13,434 nucleotides of DNA. Source: Myxococcota bacterium. Lineage in GTDB: Bacteria > Myxococcota_A > Polyangia > Polyangiales > Sandaracinaceae. Below, in pieces: positions 7,801 to 13,434 of the stretch. The stretch is taken from contig JAYZQJ010000062.1 of NCBI GenBank assembly GCA_036149055.1, positions 1 through 13,434 of the forward strand, written 5' to 3'. The notes beneath the pieces were generated by a model. That model searched no databases. It saw only the letters and a program-made list of their open reading frames with translations, and had not been told where the DNA came from. The number at the start of each line of letters is the position of its first letter. Positions within the stretch are counted from its first letter, which is position 1. Both the position numbers and the translations under genes were made by a program.

Positions 7801-10800
7801 GTCAGCAGGTAGACGCCGCCCTCGCGGAGCGCGCTCGGCGTGCCCTCGAACGGGCTGAGCGGGATCCGCTCCACGATCTGGGTGAAGCGCCGCTCGCCGC
7901 GGAGCGCGACCACCTCGTTCTTGGGCGGGCTCCGGAGCTCGTCCTCGAGGTGCGCCGCGAGCCGATCCAGCTCCTGCTCGACGCGCTTCTTGCCGCCGAA
8001 GGGATCGACCAGGGCCATGCGCAGGGTGCCCCCGAAGAGCTTGTCGCTCTTCTCCGGGAGCTGGACGTCGATCGCGGCGGCGGTGACGTCCTCGAGCTCG
8101 CGCGGCATGACCCGCGCCGGGCCGAGCACGGTGGCGCGATCGGGGAAGCGCACCGGCTCGTCGGCCACCCGCTGCGTGCCCTCGGTCACCACCGTCACGT
8201 GCAGCGGCGGCACGCTCTCGTCGGCCAGGGCCTGGGCCAGGAAGAAGAGGCTGAAGAAGCCGCGCTCCTGGTGGTGGTGGTAGAGGCTCGAGCCCGGGCG
8301 CACGCTGGTCTCTGCCTCGAGCAGCCAGAGATGCACGACGCGGTCGGGCGTCTTGCCGCCGGCGACCAGCGACTCGACGAGGGCCGCGTAGCCCTCCTTG
8401 CCGCGCTCGGGGCTGAGGGCGTACTCGGTCTCGCTCTTCTCGTGGTAGGCGTCGCCCGGGTAGACGCTGATCACCCGCTGGCGCTGGGCCTCGAGGCGCT
8501 GCCGGAGACGTCGGCCGACGCCGGCCGAGTCCATGAAGATCAGCCAGGTGTGACGCTCCCCGAGATCGCGGGGATCGGCGAGCGACGGCTTCCAGAACGG
8601 GCGCCAGCCCCAGTCCTCGAGCGCCTCGATCTTCGGCAGGTCGAGCGCGTCCTCCTCGACCCGGACCTTGCCGGGCTCGAGGAAGTAGGGCTTGTGGTTC
8701 CACGCGTAGGTCGGCAGCTCGACCCGCACGCGCTCCTCGCCCTCCCAGAGCCGGTCCCAGTCGAAGTCGGCGCCCGAGGCCCAGGCGCGGCCGAGGGCCG
8801 AGAGGAAGTAGGCGTCGTCGTCGACCTCCTGGTCGCGGTGCCGCACGGTCGGGAACGCGTTGTGCGCGCCCTTGCGGAACGCCGGGTGCTGCTTGGCGAG
8901 CGAGCTGAGCGCGCGGCCGGGCCCGCACTCGACGAGGCAGCGGCTCGGCGCCTCGAGCAGGGTGGCGACGTCGTCGGCGAAGCGCACCGTGCTGCGGAGG
9001 TGCTTCACCCAGTACTCGGGATCGGTCGCCTGCTGGTCGGTGATCCAGGTGCCGGTGGTGTTGCTGAGGAAGGGCACCTTCGGCGCGCTCAGCGGGATGG
9101 AGCGGAGGTAGTCGCCGAACGCGCCGAGGATCGGCTCGAGCTGACGCGAGTGGGCCGCGGTCGGGATCGCGAGCCGTCGCGCCTCCACGTCCTCGAGCGC
9201 CTCGAGGTTCTGGGCGAGCTTGTCGATCGACGCGGGCGGGCCGCTCACGACCGTCATGTCGGGCGCGTTGAGCACCGCGAGGTCGAGGTCGTCGGTCATC
9301 AGCGGCTTCAGCTCGTCGGGCGGCAGGCTGACCGAGAGCATCGCGCCCTCTTCGGTCTGCTCGAAGAGCTGCCCGCGGAGCACGACCAGGCCGAGGCAGT
9401 CCTCGTAGCGCATGACGCCGGCCAGGTGGGCGGCGGTGTTCTCGCCGAGGCTGTGGCCGAGCAGGGCCTCGGGCTTCACGCCCCAGCTCTCGAGCAGGCG
9501 CGCCATCGCGACGCTGGTGATGAAGATGGCCGGGAGCTGGTTGACCATCCGGTCGAGCTCCTCCGCGACGCGATCTTCCTCGCCCTTCGGGCAGAAGATC
9601 AGGGGGCGCAGATCGATGTCGTGCTTCGACTTCAGCAGATCGAGGCCGCGGTCGAGGTGCTCGCGGAAGACCGGCTCCCGCTCGTGGAGGTCGGCGGCCA
9701 TGCGCGGGGACTGCGCCCCGCCGCCCGGGAGGAGGAAGACCACCGAGGTCTTCTCCGGGGCGACGTGGGTGAACACGCGGCGCGGGTCGGCCTCGTCGAG
9801 GAGCCGGGCCGCCTCCTCGTGGCTCGCGGCCGCCACCACGCGGCGGCGATCGAACGCGCGGCGCCCGTGGTGCAGGGTCCAGGCGACGTCGGCGAGGCTC
9901 TGGTCGCCGCGCGCGCGGAGGTGCGCGGCGAGCCGCGCGCTGCCCTCGTCGAGGCTGTGCTGGCTCTTCGCGCTCATCGTGAGCAGCTGCACCGCGCGCT
10001 GGCTCGGCGCCGGCTCCGGCATGCCGGGTGGCTCCTGCAAGACGACGTGCGCGTTGGTGCCGCCGACCCCGAGGGAGTTCACCGCGGCCCGTCGCGGGTG
10101 GCTCGCGGGCGCCGGCCAGTCCTCGAGCCGATCGGCCACCTTGAAGGGCGAGCCCGCGAAGTCGATGGTCGGGTTCGGCTTCTCGAAGTTGAGGGTGGGC
10201 GGGAACTTCGCGTTCTTCAGCGCGAGCACCGCCTTGATGAGGCTCGCCGCGCCGGCCGCCGTGTCCAGGTGACCGATGTTCGACTTGATCGAGCCGATCC
10301 GGCAGAAGCCCTTGTCTTCGGTGTGCGCCCGGAACGCCTGGGTGAGCGCCTCCACCTCGATGGGGTCGCCGAGGTAGGTGCCGGTGCCGTGGCACTCGAT
10401 GTACTCGATCGTGCGCGGGTCGACGTTGGCGAGGCCGTAGGCCTCCACCATGCAAGTCGCCTGACCGTCGACGCTCGGCGCGAGGTAGTTGACCTTGGTC
10501 GAGCCGTCGTTGTTGATGGCGCTGCCGCGGATGACGGCGTGAATGACGTCGCCGTCGTCGAGCGCGTCCTCGAGCCGCCGGAGCGCGACCACGCCGGCGC
10601 CCGAGCCGAAGACCGTGCCCTGCGCGCGATGGTCGAAGGCGTGGCAGTGGCCGTCGGGCGAGAGGATCTCGCCCTCCTGGAAGATGTAGCCGCGGCGCTG
10701 GGGCAGCTCGATCGTCACGCCGCCGGCGAGCGCGAGGTCGCACTCCCGGCTGAGCAGCGACTGGATGGCGAGGTGGGTGGCGACGAGCGAGGTCGAGCAC

Positions 10801-11345
10801 GCGGTCTGCACGCCGAGCGCGGGGCCGCGCAGGTCGAGCAGGTAGCTGACGCGGGTGGAGAGGAAGTCCTTGTCGTTGCCCGTGTGCCGGAGCAGGAACA
10901 TGCCCACGTCGCGCACCAGCTCGGGGTGCGTGCACAGGTTGAAGTAGAAGTAGCTGCCCATGCCGCAGCCGGCGAAGACGCCGATGGGCCCCTCGAACCG
11001 CTCCGGCGGGTGACCGGCGTGCTCGAGCGCCTCCCAGGCGCACTCGAGGAACTGCCGGTGCTGCGGGTCCATGATGAGCGACTCCTTCGGCGAGAAGCCG
11101 AAGAACTCGCCGTCGAACATCTCGAACCGATCGAGCGGCGCCCCCGCCTTCACGTAGTTCTTGTGGCGAAGGTTCTCGGGGCTCTCGCCGGCCGCGAGTA
11201 GCTCCTCGTCGCTGAAGGTGCGGATCGACTCGACCCCGCCTTCGAGGTTGCGCCACAGCGCGTCGAGGGAGTGGGACCCGGGCACGCGGGCCGCCATGCC
11301 CACGATGGCGATGTCCGATTCGAAGACCTCGTACTCGTCCGACAT
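4833..11345 (-). CDS. Monomodular type I polyketide synthase, KS-AT-KR-DH-ACP-TE, 2170 aa
   Basis: KS: DPQHR, NDKD(157-160), VQTAC183STS, H319GTGT, GH359LDTAAG. AT: PGGGAQ, GHS632LGE, AAH732S. KR: TGGLGGLG (~1183), HTAGVVDD, FSS, Y1342VAAN. DH: HPLL, H1430RTKAGHALIPGTGY, HPALLD1601. Carrier: DSFFDLGGHS1817L. TE: GFS1965GG, MLDT, PGDH2127. AAGGA SD upstream of ATG 11345. Confidence 0.96.
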   Translation of the reverse strand: MSDEYEVFESDIAIVGMAARVPGSHSLDALWRNLEGGVESIRTFSDEELLAAGESPENLRHKNYVKAGAPLDRFEMFDGEFFGFSPKESLIMDPQHRQFLECAWEALEHAGHPPERFEGPIGVFAGCGMGSYFYFNLCTHPELVRDVGMFLLRHTGNDKDFLSTRVSYLLDLRGPALGVQTACSTSLVATHLAIQSLLSRECDLALAGGVTIELPQRRGYIFQEGEILSPDGHCHAFDHRAQGTVFGSGAGVVALRRLEDALDDGDVIHAVIRGSAINNDGSTKVNYLAPSVDGQATCMVEAYGLANVDPRTIEYIECHGTGTYLGDPIEVEALTQAFRAHTEDKGFCRIGSIKSNIGHLDTAAGAASLIKAVLALKNAKFPPTLNFEKPNPTIDFAGSPFKVADRLEDWPAPASHPRRAAVNSLGVGGTNAHVVLQEPPGMPEPAPSQRAVQLLTMSAKSQHSLDEGSARLAAHLRARGDQSLADVAWTLHHGRRAFDRRRVVAAASHEEAARLLDEADPRRVFTHVAPEKTSVVFLLPGGGAQSPRMAADLHEREPVFREHLDRGLDLLKSKHDIDLRPLIFCPKGEEDRVAEELDRMVNQLPAIFITSVAMARLLESWGVKPEALLGHSLGENTAAHLAGVMRYEDCLGLVVLRGQLFEQTEEGAMLSVSLPPDELKPLMTDDLDLAVLNAPDMTVVSGPPASIDKLAQNLEALEDVEARRLAIPTAAHSRQLEPILGAFGDYLRSIPLSAPKVPFLSNTTGTWITDQQATDPEYWVKHLRSTVRFADDVATLLEAPSRCLVECGPGRALSSLAKQHPAFRKGAHNAFPTVRHRDQEVDDDAYFLSALGRAWASGADFDWDRLWEGEERVRVELPTYAWNHKPYFLEPGKVRVEEDALDLPKIEALEDWGWRPFWKPSLADPRDLGERHTWLIFMDSAGVGRRLRQRLEAQRQRVISVYPGDAYHEKSETEYALSPERGKEGYAALVESLVAGGKTPDRVVHLWLLEAETSVRPGSSLYHHHQERGFFSLFFLAQALADESVPPLHVTVVTEGTQRVADEPVRFPDRATVLGPARVMPRELEDVTAAAIDVQLPEKSDKLFGGTLRMALVDPFGGKKRVEQELDRLAAHLEDELRSPPKNEVVALRGERRFTQIVERIPLSPFEGTPSALREGGVYLLTGGLGGLGLTMAEHLARTCRAKLVLLGRTPLPPRDQWATWMRQHGAEDRISRRLRRILDVEDAGGEVLVLSADVTNLEEMQGAARAARERFGAVHGVLHTAGVVDDDLIALKTQASVDEVFTPKIQGTMVLDQVFADAELDFMVLFSSTSTATAPAGQVDYVAANAFLDAYAESKAGGPTRVTSLHWGIWNQVGMAAEQLHSDAGAHAGEPVGEQPDHPLLSQRVRDARGEAVLQATISPREDWILDGHRTKAGHALIPGTGYLELARAALRASGEPGPFEVEDLFFIRPLAVDDDAERDVRVKLRPTRRGYAFEVRGQLELDGRPGWELHAQAHLAIRPLEVPGEVPIAEIEARCTRKILPEDPKGIRTPQETHLRFGDRWRVLRRGAYGDGEAIGRLALRDEFAAETEEMGLHPALLDIATGWAMELIDGYAADALWVPVSYERLRVHDDLPPRLVSWVRNHGDNRDDSEFVYFDVTLCDEGGRVVVEVDRLALRKMAGSADFTVKSRPSARDVELEETEREPSPAEQQLARNLERGILPREGQEALGRVLAGPRRSQVFVSSLDLEGLIAQADRGLTRESSEGGIELARPDLDSEFVAPRDEVERTLVGFWQDLLGVETVGVQDSFFDLGGHSLIAVRLFAKVKKAYHVDFPISVLFEAPTIERCAELIKDRIGGAPTEGEDAPKKVEAPRTRYTHLVPMHPGDGGPKTPFFIVAGMFGNVLNLRHLAHLVGTDRRIYGLQARGLFGDQQPHETFDEMAEAYLAEMRTVQPHGPWLLGGFSGGGITAYEMAQRLRAQGEDVPLLVMLDTPLPFPPPSLSAKDRALIQVQQLQQKGASYVGEWAVNRWRWEVGKLRKRFEEAEPEQAPAEFQDEAIEQAFRRALGRYELKAYDGHLTLFRPPLEVAYDLGNGRLLDHDRDYVYEDNGWTPYVRGLDVFEVPGDHDSMVLEPNVRVLARKMREVIERAEAELRQRPAELRAPERNAAE

Positions 11346-11432
11346 GTTTCCTTTTCCGGTCGCGCCCCGCGGCCTCGCGCGCGGGACCGGAGCATGGGGG
11401 GCGGTGCAGATGTACGCAACGACCCCGAGCGT

Positions 11433-12341
11433 TCAATGCCGGCGGATGTTTCGAACCGGCATCCGGGGCCCGTACCTAGGCGCGGAATGCCCTCCGAACA
11501 TGAGGAGCGTGATCACGCGCCCGCGGTGGGGTCGGAAGGGCTCGAGCAGCTCGAGCATGCGGGCGTCGTCGCCCCGGGGCTCGCCGGTGAAGGCGTACGT
11601 CACCGTGTTGGGGATGTGGTAGTCGCCGACCGGGACCGCGTCGGGATCGCCGAACACCCCGCTGAGCACGGTGCCCGTGGTCCAGGGGCCGATCCCCTTG
11701 AAGGCGAGCAGGCGGGTCTCGGCCTCGCTCGGCACCTCTCGGGTCAGCGCCTCGACGCGGCGAGCCCGGCGGACGACGTCCAGGATGACCTGGGCCCGCT
11801 TCCGCTCGATCCCGTAGGTGTGGAGGTCGTAGTAGGCGAGCTCCCGCAGGCTGTCCGGCGTCGGATCGATCCAGAGCTCGGGCGACGGCCCCGGCGCGAG
11901 CTCCCCGTGGCGGCGGAGGATCTGCTTCCAGCTCCGCGCGGCCCCGGCGCCCGTGACCTTTTGCGACACGATCGTCGGCAGCAGGCGCTCCAGCATGCGC
12001 CCGGTGCGCCCGAACCGGAGGCCCTCGAAGCGGCGGATCAGCGGCGCGACCACCGGATCGTCGGTCTCGAAGGCCTCCGGCGCGTCCCGGCCGCCGAGGT
12101 GCTCGAAGGCGAGGTCGAGCGCGCGCTCGGCCCCGGGGCCCCACGCCTCGCAGTCCACCGCGTCGGCCCCCGCGGGCTGGTAGGCGATGGTGGCCGGGCC
12201 CGCGTCGGTGCGGAACGCGCACCACATGCGCCCCTCGTGGCGCCTGAGCGAGGGGTCGTGCTTCCAGAGCGAGAGCCGGCGCACGGTGCGGACGAGGTCG
12301 ATCGGCCCGGGCAGCGTGACCCGTCGGCGCAGCGGCTCCAC
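11433..12341 (-). CDS. HhH-GPD superfamily DNA glycosylase (AlkA-like, 3-methyladenine DNA glycosylase II type), 302 aa
   Basis: Motifs: L.PTIVSQKVT...A...W..I...HGE..PGP, PTP..L, the HhH motif LLAFKGIGPWT, the catalytic region DAVPVGDYHI, and M.ELLEPFRPHRGR. GTG start. Confidence 0.85.
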   Translation of the reverse strand: MEPLRRRVTLPGPIDLVRTVRRLSLWKHDPSLRRHEGRMWCAFRTDAGPATIAYQPAGADAVDCEAWGPGAERALDLAFEHLGGRDAPEAFETDDPVVAPLIRRFEGLRFGRTGRMLERLLPTIVSQKVTGAGAARSWKQILRRHGELAPGPSPELWIDPTPDSLRELAYYDLHTYGIERKRAQVILDVVRRARRVEALTREVPSEAETRLLAFKGIGPWTTGTVLSGVFGDPDAVPVGDYHIPNTVTYAFTGEPRGDDARMLELLEPFRPHRGRVITLLMFGGHSAPRYGPRMPVRNIRRH

Positions 12342-12420
12342 CCGGACGGGCTAGCACGGCCGGCGCGTCTCCTCACGGGAAGCCGCGCCGAATCGCGCTA
12401 TGAAGAGCCTCGGAGGTTTC

Positions 12421-13239
12421 ATGGCTTGGACTCGCGCGCTCCCGTTCGTCTTGCTCCTCGGTCTCGTCGGCTGTGACGGTGGCGGCCCCGCGGACTCCGG
12501 CGTCGACAGCGGCCCCCCGCCCGACAGCGGCCTCGCGGACGGCTCCGCCGACGCGGAGGTCGACGGCGGCATCTGCACCGAGTTCGACCCCGATCTCTGC
12601 CCGCGCGAGTACCCCAACGTGCCGATCAACCTGCGCGACATCTGCCAGGTGTTCGCCGACGTCTTCTGCCGCGCCAACCAGAACTGCTGCACCCGGGTCG
12701 AGGACCAGTACTCGTCCTACAGCGCCTGCGTGGTCGATCAGGAGAGCCGCTGCGAGTTCGGCGAGTTCCCCTACGAGGTCCCGGCGAGCGTGGCCGCGCG
12801 CGAGACCTCCTACAGCGGCGGCGCCGCCGGCGACACGCTCGCGCGCCTCGGCCCGATGGCCGACGCCTGCGAGCCGGTCCGCTTCGGCGAGGAGCTGAAG
12901 ACCGCCTACTCCGGTGAGAACGCGTCCGGCGAGAGCTGCGCCGCGTGGCCGGAGTGTCAGGACCGCTCGTTCTGCATCCCGTTCGGCGACCCCGACGCGA
13001 TCTGCAGCCTCGCGCCCAACCCCGGCAGCACCTGCGCCTCGCACCGCGACTGCGCCACCCGCGACCTCCGCTGCGGCATCGACGGCCGCTGCGCCGAGCG
13101 CCTCGCCGACGGCGAGAGCTGCACGAGCAGCTTCGAGTGCGAGAGCCTGCTCTGCATGGGCGGCACCTGCGCCGAGTTCAACGGCGACAACGCCTTCTGT
13201 GTCGACCTCGACGGCACGGGGGACGCCTTCGCGTACTGA
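12421..13239 (+). CDS. Cys-rich secreted lipoprotein (myxobacterial type), 272 aa, function unknown
   Basis: ATG 12421 preferred over 12400 because GGAGG sits at 12412-12416. Signal peptide MAWTRALPFVLLLGLVG-C18 has a lipobox, followed by a D/S/G/P-rich tether (DSG repeats) and 22 more Cys. Three G-x-x-C-x5-C-x4..6-C-x4..9-C repeats span about 12928-13170. Confidence 0.8.
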   Translation: MAWTRALPFVLLLGLVGCDGGGPADSGVDSGPPPDSGLADGSADAEVDGGICTEFDPDLCPREYPNVPINLRDICQVFADVFCRANQNCCTRVEDQYSSYSACVVDQESRCEFGEFPYEVPASVAARETSYSGGAAGDTLARLGPMADACEPVRFGEELKTAYSGENASGESCAAWPECQDRSFCIPFGDPDAICSLAPNPGSTCASHRDCATRDLRCGIDGRCAERLADGESCTSSFECESLLCMGGTCAEFNGDNAFCVDLDGTGDAFAY

Positions 13240-13247
13240 AGCTTGCT

Positions 13248-13423
13248 GGGGCTTTCAGCCCCTCCCCCCCACTGCGCCGTCAGACCCGTCCCCGCTCCGG
13301 GTGCTCCGCACCCTCCGCAGTGACGGGTCAGCCGGCTCCGTGGGGCCCCCCCACCCAATTGCGCGGATTCTCGCTTCGCTCGAATCCGCGGGTCCCGCGC
13401 TCCGCGCGTGAGCCACGCGGCTC
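13248..13423 (-). repeat. Cluster of REP-like hairpins, including a 79-nt symmetric composite stem-loop, mostly with GNA triloops on the - strand
   Basis: Hairpins on the + strand: GGGGCT-TTC-AGCCCC (13248-13262); composite stem 13267-13345; CGCGGATTC-TC-GC-TTC-GC-TC-GAATCCGCG (13362-13390); CGCGC-TCC-GCGCG (13396-13408); GAGCC-ACGC-GGCTC (13410-13423). The region is non-coding and may continue beyond the window. Confidence 0.7.
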
Positions 13424-13434
13424 GCGCTCGCGCT

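Noticed and set aside
5046..11201. 2051-aa + strand ORF, and similar antisense ORFs at 520-2721, 2944-3900, 4026-4994, 11271-12476 and 12373-13044
   Set aside because: These are antisense shadows of GC-rich genes, with no recognisable motifs.
3877..11436. Stop-free 2846-aa ORF overlapping the PKS and first GT2, suggesting a giant overlapping gene or frameshift fusion
   Set aside because: In this frame the first codon position is the G/C-saturated third position of the real genes, so T-initial stop codons are rare. The translation is R/G/A/P-rich with no motifs. Only 3876-2896 is a real GT2, with its own coupled GTG start.
12914..13411. ORFs 12914-13411 (+) and 12957-13358 (-) running through the hairpin region
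   Set aside because: Both overlap the lipoprotein gene out of frame or antisense, and both have low-complexity translations with no motifs.
13248..13434. Integron attC site, CRISPR array, tRNA or intrinsic terminator as explanations of the hairpin cluster
   Set aside because: There are no RYYYAAC/GTTRRRY boxes, no repeat-spacer periodicity, no cloverleaf or T-loop consensus, and no poly-T after the stems.

Overview
Very GC-rich bacterial DNA. The Cys-rich lipoprotein and gene content suggest a myxobacterium, but this is inference only. Seven credible genes: (1) a + strand pair of a short MerR-type HTH regulator (155-550) and a VIT-vWA protein (547-2868, ATGA overlap), behind a TTGACA promoter set in nested TGACA/TGTCA inverted repeats; (2) a convergent - strand operon encoding a stand-alone type I PKS with the non-canonical order KS-AT-KR-DH-ACP-TE (11345-4833) and two family-2 glycosyltransferases (4814-3873, 3876-2896); (3) an AlkA-like HhH-GPD DNA glycosylase (12341-11433, -); (4) a divergent Cys-rich lipoprotein (12421-13239, +). 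Both window ends carry non-coding hairpins that read as GNA-triloop, G.A-mismatch structures on the - strand and share the 13-mer CTCGCTTCGCTCG. The best candidates for an undescribed system are the starter-less PKS + 2xGT2 locus (possible glycolipid or acylated glycan), the MerR + VIT-vWA module, and the strand-asymmetric hairpin element. The other long ORFs are GC-bias shadows.
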